64,000 nucleotides of DNA, from the NCBI GenBank assembly GCA_965178125.1, contig OZ237736.1:1-64000 (forward strand). The letters are read 5' to 3'. The translations under genes were made by a program, and so were the position numbers. Of the stretch, positions 10,930-23,801 are shown one piece after another. The DNA comes from Bilabrum cf. latius. Taxonomy: Eukaryota. The notes beneath the pieces are model-generated. The model was not told the origin of the DNA, did not search any database, and was given only the letters and a program-made list of their open reading frames with translations. Numbering within the stretch: the stretch's first letter is position 1; each line of letters begins with the position of its first letter.

Positions 10930-12926
10930 CTTGAAACCGCCCTGGGTAGGTTTTGAAACCGCCCTGGGTAGGTTTTGAAACCGCCCTGGGTAGGTTTTGA
11001 AACCTCCCCCGAGTAGGTTTCAATACGCCATACTTGCACTGAATGAAGTACAATGAATCTGAGGAACATTTGGCCAATGTTGTGGCCCTAGGCCGTCCCA
11101 ACGCAATTTGAACGGTCTTCATATCTCCTGTGGTTGCCGAGATCGTATCCCGCAGGATTTCAGCATGAAAATCTTCAAGGCCCAATATTGGCGCCGTGCG
11201 TCAAAAGCGGAACCTGAGGAACATTTGGCCAATGTTGTGGCCCTAGGCCGTCCCAATGCAATTTTAACGGTCTTCATATCTCCTGTGGTTGCCGAGATCG
11301 TATCCCGCAGGATTTCAGCATGAAAATCTTCAAGGCCCAATATTGGCGCCGCGCGTCAAAAGCGGAACCTGAGGAACATTTGGCCAATGATGTGGCCCTA
11401 GGCCGTCCCAACGCAATTTGAACGGTCTTCATATCTCCTGTGGTTGCCGAGATCGTATCCCGCAGGATTTCAGCATGAAAATCTTCAAGGCCCAATATTG
11501 GCGCTGCGCGTCAAAAGCGGAACCTGAGGAACATTTGGCCAATGTTGTGGCCCTAGGCCGTCCCAACGCAATTTGAACGGTCTTCATATCTCCTGTGGTT
11601 GCCGAGATCGTATCCCGCAGGATTTCAGCATGAAAATCTTCAAGGCCCAATATTGGCGCCGCGCGTCAAAAGCGGAACCTGAGGAACATTTGGCCAATGA
11701 TGTGGCTCTAGGCCGTCCCAACGCAATTTGAACGGTCTTCATATCTCCTGTGGTTGCCGAGATCGTATCCCGCAGGATTTCAGCATGAAAATCTTCAAGG
11801 CCCAATATTGGCGCCGCGCGTCAAAAGCGGAACCTGAGGAACATTTGGCCAATGATGTGGCCCTAGGCCGTCCCAACGCAATTTGAACGGTCTTCATATC
11901 TCCTGTGGTTGCCGAGATCGTATCCCGCAGGATTTCAGCATGAAAATCTTCAAGGCCCAATATTGGCGCCGCGCGTCAAAAGCGGAACCTGAGGAACATT
12001 TGGCCAATGATGTGGCTCTAGGCCGTCCCAACGCAATTTGAACGGTCTTCATATCTCCTGTGGTTGCCGAGATCGTATCCCGCAGGATTTCAGCATGAAA
12101 ATCTTCAAGGCCCAATATTGGCGCCGCGCGTCAAAAGCGGAACCTGAGGAACATTTGGCCAATGATGTGGCCCTAGGCCGTCCCAACGCAATTTGAACGG
12201 TCTTCATATCTCCTGTGGTTGCCGAGATCGTATCCCGCAGGATTTCAGCATGAAAATCTTCAAGGCCCAATATTGGCGCCGCGCGTCAAAAGCGGAACCT
12301 GAGGAACATTTGGCCAATGTTGTGGCCCTAGGCCGTCCCAACGCAATTTGAACGGTCTTCATATCTCCTGTGGTTGCCGAGATCGTATCCCGCAGGATTT
12401 CAGCATGAAAATCTTCAAGGCCCAATATTGGCGCCGCGCGTCAAAAGCGGAACCTGAGGAACATTTGGCCAATGTTGTGGCCCTAGGCCGTCCCAACGCA
12501 ATTTGAACGGTCTTCATATCTCCTGTGGTTGCCGAGATCGTATCCCGCAGGATTTCAGCATGAAAATCTTCAAGGCCCAATATTGGCGCCGCGCGTCAAA
12601 AGCGGAACCTGAGGAACATTTGGCCAATGTTGTGGCCCTAGGCCGTCCCAACGCAATTTGAACGGTCTTCATATCTCCTGTGGTTGCCGAGATCGTATCC
12701 CGCAGGATTTCAGCATGAAAATCTTCAAGGCCCAATATTGGCGCCGCGCGTCAAAAGCGGAACCTGAGGAACATTTGGCCAATGATGTGGCCCTAGGCCG
12801 TCCCAACGCAATTTGAACGGTCTTCATATCTCCTGTGGTTGCCGAGATCGTATCCCGCAGGATTTTGTCAAAAAGTGAAGATGAAAATATTTTTCCCCGA
12901 CCCTGTCCCTGACTTTATAATAGATA
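10930..12926 (+). mobile_element. Type-A cassette (~11.6 monomers)
   Basis: Leader + array + terminus. Confidence 0.6.
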
Positions 12927-13382
12927 CCCTAACCCTAACCCTAACCCTAACCCTAACCCTAACCCTAACCCTAACCCTAACCCTAACCCTAACCCTAACC
13001 CTAACCCTAACCCTAACCCTAACCCTAACCCTAACCCTAACCCTAACCCTAACCCTAACCCTAACCCTAACCCTAACCCTAACCCTAACCCTAACCCTAA
13101 CCCTAACCCTAACCCTAACCCTAACCCTAACCCTAACCCTAACCCTAACCCTAACCCTAACCCTAACCCTAACCCTAACCCTAACCCTAACCCTAACCCT
13201 AACCCTAACCCTAACCCTAACCCTAACCCTAACCCTAACCCTAACCCTAACCCTAACCCTAACCCTAACCCTAACCCTAACCCTAACCCTAACCCTAACC
13301 CTAACCCTAACCCTAACCCTAACCCTAACCCTAACCCTAACCCTAACCCTAACCCTAACCCTAACCCTAACCCTAACCCTAA
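12927..13382. repeat. Telomeric tract, 76 units
   Basis: Direct reading. Confidence 0.99.
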
Positions 13383-15230
13383 CTTGAAACCGCCCTGGGT
13401 AGGTTTTGAAACCGCCCTGGGTAGGTTTTGAAACCGCCCTGGGTAGGTTTTGAAACCTCCCCCGAGTAGGTTTCAATACGCCATACTTGCACTGAATGAA
13501 GTACAATGAATCTGAGGAACATTTGGCCAATGTTGTGGCCCTAGGCCGTCCCAACGCAATTTGAACGGTCTTCATATCTCCTGTGGTTGCCGAGATCGTA
13601 TCCCGCAGGATTTCAGCATGAAAATCTTCAAGGCCCAATATTGGCGCCGTGCGTCAAAAGCGGAACCTGAGGAACATTTGGCCAATGTTGTGGCCCTAGG
13701 CCGTCCCAACGCAATTTTAACGGTCTTCATATCTCCTGTGGTTGCCGAGATCGTATCCCGCAGGATTTCAGCATGAAAATCTTCAAGGCCCAATATTGGC
13801 GCCGCGCGTCAAAAGCGGAACCTGAGGAACATTTGGCCAATGATGTGGCCCTAGGCCGTCCCAACGCAATTTGAACGGTCTTCATATCTCCTGTGGTTGC
13901 CGAGATCGTATCCCGCAGGATTTCAGCATGAAAATCTTCAAGGCCCAATATTGGCGCTGCGCGTCAAAAGCGGAACCTGAGGAACATTTGGCCAATGTTG
14001 TGGCCCTAGGCCGTCCCAACGCAATTTGAACGGTCTTCATATCTCCTGTGGTTGCCGAGATCGTATCCCGCAGGATTTCAGCATGAAAATCTTCAAGGCC
14101 CAATATTGGCGCCGCGCGTCAAAAGCGGAACCTGAGGAACATTTGGCCAATGATGTGGCCCTAGGCCGTCCCAACGCAATTTGAACGGTCTTCATATCTC
14201 CTGTGGTTGCCGAGATCGTATCCCGCAGGATTTCAGCATGAAAATCTTCAAGGCCCAATATTGGCGCCGCGCGTCAAAAGCGGAACCTGAGGAACATTTG
14301 GCCAATGATGTGGCTCTAGGCCGTCCCAACGCAATTTGAACGGTCTTCATATCTCCTGTGGTTGCCGAGATCGTATCCCGCAGGATTTCAGCATGAAAAT
14401 CTTCAAGGCCCAATATTGGCGCCGCGCGTCAAAAGCGGAACCTGAGGAACATTTGGCCAATGATGTGGCCCTAGGCCGTCCCAACGCAATTTGAACGGTC
14501 TTCATATCTCCTGTGGTTGCCGAGATCGTATCCCGCAGGATTTCAGCATGAAAATCTTCAAGGCCCAATATTGGCGCCGCGCGTCAAAAGCGGAACCTGA
14601 GGAACATTTGGCCAATGTTGTGGCCCTAGGCCGTCCCAACGCAATTTGAACGGTCTTCATATCTCCTGTGGTTGCCGAGATCGTATCCCGCAGGATTTCA
14701 GCATGAAAATCTTCAAGGCCCAATATTGGCGCCGCGCGTCAAAAGCGGAACCTGAGGAACATTTGGCCAATGTTGTGGTTGTGGCCCTAGGCCGTCCCAA
14801 CGCAATTTGAACGGTCTTCATATCTCCTGTGGTTGCCGAGATCGTATCCCGCAGGATTTCAGCATGAAAATCTTCAAGGCCCAATATTGGCGCCGCGCGT
14901 CAAAAGCGGAACCTGAGGAACATTTGGCCAATGTTGTGGCCCTAGGCCGTCCCAACGCAATTTGAACGGTCTTCATATCTCCTGTGGTTGCCGAGATCGT
15001 ATCCCGCAGGATTTCAGCATGAAAATCTTCAAGGCCCAATATTGGCGCCGCGCGTCAAAAGCGGAACCTGAGGAACATTTGGCCAATGATGTGGCCCTAG
15101 GCCGTCCCAACGCAATTTGAACGGTCTTCATATCTCCTGTGGTTGCCGAGATCGTATCCCGCAGGATTTTGTCAAAAAGTGAAGATGAAAATATTTTTCC
15201 CCGACCCTGTCCCTGACTTTATAATAGATA
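13383..15230 (+). mobile_element. Type-A cassette (~10.6 monomers; 6-bp GTTGTG duplication near 14775)
   Basis: Leader + array + terminus. Confidence 0.6.
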
Positions 15231-16310
15231 CCCTAACCCTAACCCTAACCCTAACCCTAACCCTAACCCTAACCCTAACCCTAACCCTAACCCTAACCCT
15301 AACCCTAACCCTAACCCTAACCCTAACCCTAACCCTAACCCTAACCCTAACCCTAACCCTAACCCTAACCCTAACCCTAACCCTAACCCTAACCCTAACC
15401 CTAACCCTAACCCTAACCCTAACCCTAACCCTAACCCTAACCCTAACCCTAACCCTAACCCTTACCCTAACCCTAACCCTAACCCTAACCCTAACCCTAA
15501 CCCTAACCCTAACCCTAACCCTAACCCTAACCCTAACCCTAACCCTAACCCTAACCCTAACCCTAACCCTAACCCTAACCCTAACCCTAACCCTAACCCT
15601 AACCCTAACCCTAACCCTAACCCTAACCCTAACCCTAACCCTAACCCTAACCCTAACCCTAACCCTAACCCTAACCCTAACCCTAACCCTAACCCTAACC
15701 CTAACCCTAACCCTAACCCTAACCCTAACCCTAACCCTAACCCTAACCCTAACCCTAACCCTAACCCTAACCCTAACCCTAACCCTAACCCTAACCCTAA
15801 CCCTAACCCTAACCCTAACCCTAACCCTAACCCTAACCCTAACCCTAACCCTAACCCTAACCCTAACCCTAACCCTAACCCTAACCCTAACCCTAACCCT
15901 AACCCTAACCCTAACCCTAACCCTAACCCTAACCCTAACCCTAACCCTAACCCTAACCCTAACCCTAACCCTAACCCTAACCCTAACCCTAACCCTAACC
16001 CTAACCCTAACCCTAACCCTAACCCTAACCCTAACCCTAACCCTAACCCTAACCCTAACCCTAACCCTAACCCTAACCCTAACCCTAACCCTAACCCTAA
16101 CCCTAACCCTAACCCTAACCCTAACCCTAACCCTAACCCTAACCCTAACCCTAACCCTAACCCTAACCCTAACCCTAACCCTAACCCTAACCCTAACCCT
16201 AACCCTAACCCTAACCCTAACCCTAACCCTAACCCTAACCCTAACCCTAACCCTAACCCTAACCCTAACCCTAACCCTAAACCTAACCCTAACCCTAACC
16301 CTAACCCTAA
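15231..16310. repeat. Innermost telomeric tract, ~180 units (two variant hexamers)
   Basis: Direct reading; abuts unique sequence. Confidence 0.99.
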
Positions 16311-16314
16311 ACCC

Positions 16315-16526
16315 AAGCAGGTTGGGTGTGCGGGCGGTGGATGGGGCCGTGGTGCCTGTGGTGTGGCAAGCAGGTTGGGTGTGCGGGCGGTGGATGGGGC
16401 CATGGTGCCTGTGGTGTGGCAAGCAGGTTGGGTGTGCGGGCGGTGGATGGGGCCATGGTGCCTGTGGTGTGGCAAGCAGGTTGGGTGTGCGGGCGGTGGA
16501 TGGGGCCATGGTGCCTGTGGTGGGGC
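16315..16526. repeat. 53-bp G/T-rich subtelomeric minisatellite x4
   Basis: Unit AAGCAGGTTGGGTGTGCGGGCGGTGGATGGGGCC(A/G)TGGTGCCTGTGGTGTGGC. Confidence 0.95.
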
Positions 16527-16928
16527 AAGGCCCTAACTTACAGCCCTAGTGCAGTGGATGGTGCATGTATATCCGCGGGCCTGGTCGGGAGGAGCATGGT
16601 CAGGGCGGATCGGACCGTGAGATGGTAGAGGGGGTACCGACGGTCAGTGCTGTTGCCGCAGAAGTAAGCGAGAAGATGGTCTAGCCTAGTTTAACTGCCC
16701 TGAGAGCGTCTAATTATTGGTCTCCGGCATTGGATTAGTATTGTCTGGGCCGTAGGCAAAAAATGAATCGACTAAATCGGGTTTTAGGGAGATACATTTC
16801 GCAACAATAAATAATTCAGACCGATATTTTGAAGAAGAAGATATCATGATTGTCCTGAGTCTTCTGGAGTCCTAACCCTAGAATCTGGACTCTCTTCAGA
16901 TATAATTAGGGCAGGTTGCGAGTGTCGA

Positions 16929-19900
16929 ATGTCATCTAGAAGCCTTGGCAGCCATTCGGGTGCTGCTGGTCCTGACAGTGATGCGGATTCCTCAGATATG
17001 CTCGAGGTGCCGTATCTGCCTTCCTTCGTTGACTTGCTGAATGAGGCCACACCAACCATCCGCGACCTTTCGGGCACTTGGGTGCTGGACAGAAGGCCAG
17101 CTGAAAATGACGTTGAACCCAACACACTTGCTTTACCGAAAGGCAGGATGGTTCTGTCGCAGGCAGGACCTGCCTCCGACGTAGAGTCTCCGGCTGCACA
17201 TTTCCAGCTCGAGGATGCACCGAAAGGCCTCGAGTACGATAGGGATGCCATGGATACTGTATTTTCTGCTCTTGGTGTTGGGATGGTGATCCGTGCCGTT
17301 CTGTATCGGACTGACATGAAGCAGCACCTGGTGCATACCCGGACAGAGCTAAGCATGCACGAACTCTCGGTCAACGTGAAGAGAAAGCTTCTTTTGGATG
17401 GACAGTGGCGGCCTACAGAAGATAACGACGGATCTCGATAGCGTTGTTGGAGTGGTAAAGCTGGAGAGGTGATCACTGAAACTGTTCTGCCAGCTGGGCG
17501 CGGGACAATGTTTGACCAGCGCGTTTTAGTGCGAAGGGACTTGCTTCGCCATGATATAGCAGTCGTTCTATCGCGTAGGATTGTGGCATGTGCAACTTCA
17601 TTTCTTCGTCGCTTAGAGACTGATGAGGAACGTCAAGCAGCCGAGGAGGCAGAGCAGTATGCGCGAGCCATGACTGCTCATGCCCTCACTGGAGTGGGGT
17701 AGGCTACGCAGAGATAGAGGGGCGGGAAAGCCAGTAGAAATAGCAAGGTTGGCGCTGGTCCCGGCCGGAATGCTGTTGTTTCGCAGCAAAAGTCTCCTGA
17801 AGAGCTGCAGGACGAGATCACTCGGGCCAGCACAGAGGCTCAGCTGCAAGCTGTGTGTCCACAGTCCACGTCGAGCTACTGCGGGTCTTGGGCAAACGTG
17901 CCTTCCCATGCTCAGTCTGACAATATCGATGGTCTGCTCGCAGCACTCGGCGTGCCCTGGCTGGCCCGCGGCATGGCCGCCTCGGTGGTGATCACCTCCA
18001 CCATGGACCACCGGCGAGGAGCCACTGAGTGCGAGGACCAGGACACGCTCGCGGGGAGGGCCGTGGGCCTACCAGGTGCCGTGCCGGCATGTTTTGATCA
18101 TGGGGAGTGTGCGGCATCGGAGTCTCAGCTCGGTCAAGAAGACACTGCTGGCCCAGCAGCTGAAGCGACACAGGTCGAGGCGGGCGGAGAGGAGGATAGC
18201 AACGAATCAGCTGCAACTGCTGCCAGTGCCGGTGCTGCCACTGGGTCAAGCCCTCAGCCGCGCGTGACTGCCGCCTCTGTAACCGATGGCCCCTCATAGC
18301 AAGGCAGTGTCGGACCAGGTGTGATCGTCACCACGGATGCCAGCAGCTTCGGTTCAGGCACCTCTGCCGTGGTGCTGGACGGCGTGGCAAGGCTCAAGAC
18401 AGGGGATGACGGCAAGTCTACCGTAAGTCGGGCCTGGATTGGGCGCAAAGGGGGTGGTGGGCCTCGTTGGGCACAGGTCAGACCATCGGAGGAAGCCTCG
18501 GCTCAAACAGGGTAGCAGTGGGTCTACGACTGCGCCAGTCCCGAGTGCGATGCCCAGCTGAGTGCCTTGCAGGAGGGGGAGATCTTGATCGAAGTGGTGC
18601 TGCCTGATGACAAGGGGGTCACCATTGACAGGAGGACTCCCTTCTGGGACAATAGACCAGCCATGCTTGACCAGGCCTAGAATGCACGAGCAAGAAATGC
18701 GCTCTGCGAACATCACCCACACGGCCCGTTCCTCGGATTCTTCTCCACGACCACGCTGATCCAGTACCCTGACTCTGGCGAGACCAGGGACCGCGTTCTG
18801 GCCGGGGCTATCGCAGGATCTGCATGGTCAGGCGGGCGCGTTGATGCGTCAGCAGGCGTGTTGCAACGGCCTCAGGTTGTGTCTCCAGACTCCTCCACGA
18901 CCGGTTGGCAGCGGTGCAAGGTGACTGTGGCTCGGCGAGTGAGCGAGTGCACCGACCTGGCAGCAGAGCGGAAGAAGCGACATGAGGCCTGTATCGCGGC
19001 AGAGACAAGCCTACGATTGGCCCAAGAGTAGCTGGAAGAACTAAGAAAGCGAGACTCTGCTGCTCCAGCCTTGGATGAATCGCCTGATGTCGACGGGGCG
19101 GACGAAGATTCTAGAGAAGAAGGGATCGAGCCGAGCAAAGGTGGCAGTGCCACTGCGGGCCAGCTTGGGCTGCAGACTGCATTCCAAGAGGTGGCCCCTC
19201 ATGCTGATGTGAGCGGCCTGTGGGCGATCGACCTCGGGCGCAGCAGGTCACCACAGGCCTTGCTGGAGTCGATTCGTCGGTGTTTTGCCAGTGCTGAGCA
19301 GTTCAGAAAATCCGCTGTATCGGATCCCCCAAGAGGCATGGGTCCTGGGGAGGCTCAGGAGTACCTGGCAGATCTAAGGAAGCTCTCATGCAGCGCTGGG
19401 CCTGGGGTTGACGCGACCCATGCTTCCTAGACTGTATGGTCTGCACTACCAGTTGCTGCCGACCTAGTGCTCGCGGCAGGAGGTCCAGAGGCTCTCCGCA
19501 TGGACAGGGCCGAGGCCTCGGGCGCTCGGTTGCACATCAACGCATCCAGATTCCGCCTCGAGTGCAGGATGGCCAAGTCCACGGTGTTGACTCCGGGCGC
19601 GTCAGGGACTACCTTTGCGTCTATCCCTCCTGTTGCCTTGTTCCTGGACGGTCGCTGGAGATCCGTGCAGGTGAGCAAGCATGCGGGCAGGACCGGTAAG
19701 ATGTGGGTTAGGGCACGCACCGTGTACAAGAAAGCTAGTTTTGGCGACCACGGGCCTGCCAGTGGCGCTGGTGGACCCGATCCGGAGCCAGCCCGTCGTA
19801 CCTCTGTAGGGTCGCAGGCATCTGATATATCGAGCAGCGAGCGAGACACTTAGGACGTGGTGGTTGAGGTGCTACTGCCGATTGCTCCGACGCTGACTCC

Positions 19901-20825
19901 GGCAGTACTCCGGTCCTCTATTCCAACAGATGCGCCGAGTGGCAGTTGCGTGTACCGGGCATCCTCCGGGGTGAAGTTCGCGTCCGCTGGCTTCGCTAGG
20001 CTTGACATGAGCCCCCCTGTTGGCATTGGGCTGCCGGCTCAAGAAGGTGCGGGTCCGAGCGGGCAGGGCGACGAGGCAGCCAGTCTGGCAGCGTGGCCAC
20101 AACACCCAGATGACTACACAACTGCTCCAGCCCTACTTGTGTCACACTTACGCATCCGGACGCCGCCAAGTAGCCACCCACAACGATCTCGAACGTGGAT
20201 GCAGCAGACGTTGCAGCTGGTGCGGGCGATGTAGGTAGATTCGGACTCTGCGCCTCGCCGGGTTATGTATGACCTGCTCGACTCGACTTAGCGGGTCTGG
20301 GTCCGTGACGAGTCTGAAGAGCAGCGCAGGGCGGGGGAGAGCGCCTGGGTGCAGCAGGAGCGGGAGTGGGAGCAGCAGAGGCAGCAGGCCATCCGCTAGA
20401 TGGAAGAGGAGAGAGAAAAGGAAAGAGAAGAGCTGTTGCAGCACAGGGCCGAGCCATAGGTTTTGACTCAGCCAAAGGGAGCTGCATCTGAATCTACCAG
20501 CGATGCTGACGTCGATGTGGGGTGGTGCGGCACAGACCTGGTGGTGCGATGCGCGATCCTACTGCTGTGCCTGGCCTGGTCTGCAGCAGTGCTTTGGCGG
20601 CTGCAATCGGCACCGCACTCACCAGCAGACAACCACTCTGATGTATCAGCGTGGTCCGCGTGGGGAGTGGGTTCTGCTGGAGGTTTGGTCGCGTGGGGGC
20701 TTGCAGAGGGCGTGTGGCCCACCTGCAGACGACGGTGCGCAGCCCACGCTGCCGAAATCGCGCAACAGAGAAGGCAAAATGGCAATGGATCGAACGCAGC
20801 AGCGGACAGAGGTTCGATTCAATGA
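16929..20825 (+). CDS. ~1298-aa protein with three lipocalin/FABP-like GxW modules, a coiled coil and two C-terminal TM segments (TAG=Gln)
   Basis: Eight listed ORFs in one frame separated only by ~13 TAGs; motifs DLSGTWVLD, YCGSW..SDNIDGLLAALGVPWLAR, DVSGLWAIDLGRS; ends TGA. Confidence 0.8.
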
Positions 20826-21133
20826 AGGGGTTCCTTCGAGACCATCCCAAGTTTATTCGCCATGTGGAGGGTGTCGCCATCGCGCTAGCTTGTTCGATCC
20901 GAGCTCGCACTGGAGCGGTACAACCACGACATTTGTGCCAGAAGTTACAGTTTTTATTTATGGTTAAACAAACAATGGCATTCATATTTGGTCGCCACTT
21001 TTTTGTGCTACAGTTTTCCGGTTTGATGACTGCCTCCGAAGTAAAAAAAAAACTAAAAACGCAACCGCATTTTGCCTCTCTGCATCCAAGAAGCCCGAAA
21101 GCGAGCAAAGCCGCTGTAAATCATTCTGGTCCA

Positions 21134-21820
21134 ATGCTGGCACCTAGGGAGAAACTCTGGAGCGTCGATCCTACAGTGCTGGAAGAGGCACTAAAGCTGC
21201 TAGATTTAAAATCGGACGATGTATTTATGGACCTTGGTTGTGGGAACGGGAAAACTGTGGTAGTGGCCCACACGACTTACAAATGTCGCTGTATTGGAGT
21301 TGAAGTGCACGAGCCTAGGGCCAAGGAAGCCGCAGCGCTAGTTGAAACTGCCTGTCCGTCCGGCGAAGCCGTAATTCTCACGCAGAATGCCCTCGAGGTG
21401 GACTTGCAGAAGGCCAACAAAATATACCTGTATTTAATAGAGCGAGGATTGCGAGCAGTTGCTGCTCGGCTGGAAGAGACGGCACGCACTTGCCAAACGG
21501 AATGGCCGCGTGAAGTCCTCGTCGCCACTGTACTCTACAGAATCCCGCTGCCGCACTGGAAGCCAGAGACGGTGAAGTGGATCGAAACAGAGCGTAGAAT
21601 AGCGGGAGATGGAAAGGAGACGAGTATGAAAATGAAAACCCCCATATTTTTGTACAAAATCCCGAACGAGAAAGAACGAGAGGCAGAAGTCTTGGTAGCA
21701 AGCGACGCATCCAGTTCCAAACCTCTGCCTCATGATGCTGAGTAGAGTCAAGCCGCGGCCGGAGGCTGTGGCGAAGGCATGGCTGGCCCATCCGGGTCGA
21801 GTCCAGGCGCTTCGAAGTGA
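21134..21820 (+). CDS. Class I SAM-dependent methyltransferase (DOT1/FAM173-like)
   Basis: DDVFMDLGCGNGK motif I, CIGVE motif II; TAG at 21743 read through to TGA 21818. Confidence 0.85.
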
Positions 21821-21956
21821 TGCGGCGCCCACCAGGCGCTTGTTTTGGCTGGTCCGATAAGGAAGTCCACAGCTCGAAACTGGCCTGCAACGCATATAAT
21901 ACACGCAGGAAAGATTGGCTCTGCCAAGGCTAGACTTAGGCATTGAGCCGCGAGCC

Positions 21957-23206
21957 TCACGCCGTTCGGGGCGCTCCCCTGTATGACGCACGGGCAGCGT
22001 GCTGCATGCTGCGAATGGAAGCCTCCACCTGGTGGTTGGGGGCGGTGGTGTTTGGTGTCAGCGGCTGGTTCATGAGCGTGTCCATGAACCACTTGACTGC
22101 CAGGGTTTGGGAGCCCAGCTTGGAGGCGAAGGCTGGCCCGTCCACCCCGAACCAATCCCAGCAAGCCTTGGGGTTGGTCAGTGGGTTGCCCTGTGCCTGA
22201 GGGAACAGCACAACAATGTTATTCGCATCGGCCCATGGCAAGTATCCGCCGTGCACCACATACTGCTGCCCGATCAGTGAGCTGTCCATCTCGCATCCAT
22301 GAAAAGCCACGTGCAGGGCGCACTTGATGTGCCCGCCCGAGCACGCCTTTGGCACATACACAAACCCATCATCTCCCAGACCAAGGGTGTACGCAACCAC
22401 AGAGCCACCGACGAAAGCAGCCTGAGAGAATGTCACCAGCTCTCCTTCCGGCTTATACTAGACGCCCGTTGAGTTCGTCGGAGGGGTTAGAGCGTTGCCC
22501 GACAGGTGCTGCAGGGCTGCTCCCGCGGCATCAAAACCGCAGTCATTGATATAAGGTTCTCCGAGAAAATCGCACAAGCTTCCGTAGCTCTGCGTGATCT
22601 GCGAGTGCTCGCCGTCTACATTGAACACCTCCTTCAACTGCTTGGATGGATCCCTCAAGAACGGCTGGTAAAACTGGCCCGCCTTCTGCACGACGCCAGT
22701 CTCAACAACAGTGTCATTGAGAGCAGACATGATCCAAATGCGGTCATTGGCAATGTTGCTGAGATCGTCAATGAATCCACTGATCGCAGTGGCCTCCGCA
22801 ATATGTTGCAAGAAGCCGACATCAATAAACTGCGAATGAGGACCACCGCGAAGGAGTCATTGTGGGATATAGTCTTTGAGTAGAATTCGCGCGTTGATGC
22901 AAGGAAAGGCGCCAGGCTCACCTCTGGGTTAGTCATGCAAGACGTCACCGCAATCCCTACCAGGTCTTCAGAGCACCAGTAAGGGCCTCCAGCAAGAAGA
23001 CCCGCACCGCGGAAAGTTTTGGAAAAAGCGACGTGCATCTAACCGGCCATGTAGGCACCACTGCTAATCCCAGAAACATCAACCTTGGACGAATCGATTG
23101 CGACGGTGGGTAGGCTCCCTGGTGCAGCTGCTACGGACCATCCGAGCAAACCGATAGCAAAAAATTTCAGATACTACGTTTGAACAAGTCGGGTAACTGA
23201 TAACAT
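21957..23206 (-). CDS. Secreted PHB depolymerase-family serine esterase; intron 22830-22921
   Basis: Signal peptide; VSGISSGAYMAG[TAG=Q]MHVAFS, AGGPYWC, LHVAFHGC, NNIVVLFPQA, NPKACWDW. Confidence 0.92.
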
Positions 23207-23354
23207 TTGCTCAAGCGGTGTGGAAGGGCTCGAAGTCTTCCACGGTGAGAGTCCCATCATCACGCATCGTACATCTGCTCGATTTCAGAACTAGCTCGTT
23301 ACAATATAATATATCAGACGACTTGCGAGGAGGACCAAATCTCCAAAAGAAGGC

Positions 23355-23648
23355 ATGGCGTCCAACGTAGCAGCTACGAAGGCGAGCCGCGCTCTAGTAA
23401 AGAATGCACACCCGCATTTGAAGAAGGTGTGGAAGAGCTACACGTACACTAGGGGCCTGGAGACCAGGCAGCTGTCCCCGTTTGAGGTGGACCTCACCGG
23501 TTCGCTCATCCAGGGTATCAGGGACAACTTTGTGTTCCGTGTAGTTGACAACATGTGGTTCTGGGCGCCTCCAACCATCTTTACAGTTGGATCCTACATG
23601 TACATCAGCAGGTTGCGGGCAGACTACCTGCTGGGCCACCGCGATTGA
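23355..23648 (+). CDS. QCR8: Cytochrome b-c1 complex subunit 8-like
   Basis: LSPFE...N...R...N...WAPP followed by a TM segment; 97 aa; TGA stop. Confidence 0.75.
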   Translation: MASNVAATKASRALVKNAHPHLKKVWKSYTYTRGLETRQLSPFEVDLTGSLIQGIRDNFVFRVVDNMWFWAPPTIFTVGSYMYISRLRADYLLGHRD

Positions 23649-23801
23649 TGCTTGATTGTGTGATGGACGATACAGTGTATAGTTTGACACGTACTTCCAA
23701 GACATTCCAATATAACGTAGGGCCAGCATTTATTGCTGCTGGCCCAGAACGAATCATCCTAAGTCACGCACATTTCTTCGCCACGCCACATCATGGCAGC
23801 T

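Noticed and set aside
124-15039. Dozens of 73-95-aa ORFs repeating every 155 bp
   Set aside because: 155 is not a multiple of 3, so these are satellite by-products with non-ATG starts and no protein motif.
1-15230. CRISPR array interpretation of the 155-bp or 22-bp repeats
   Set aside because: No unique spacers, no cas genes, eukaryotic context.
1379-16549. Poly-LT, poly-VR and poly-GL ORFs
   Set aside because: Translations of (CCCTAA)n or (TTAGGG)n.
20651-21133. Long N-terminal extension of the methyltransferase ORF
   Set aside because: Overlaps the upstream gene's end and crosses AT-rich intergenic DNA; ATG 21134 is the more plausible start.
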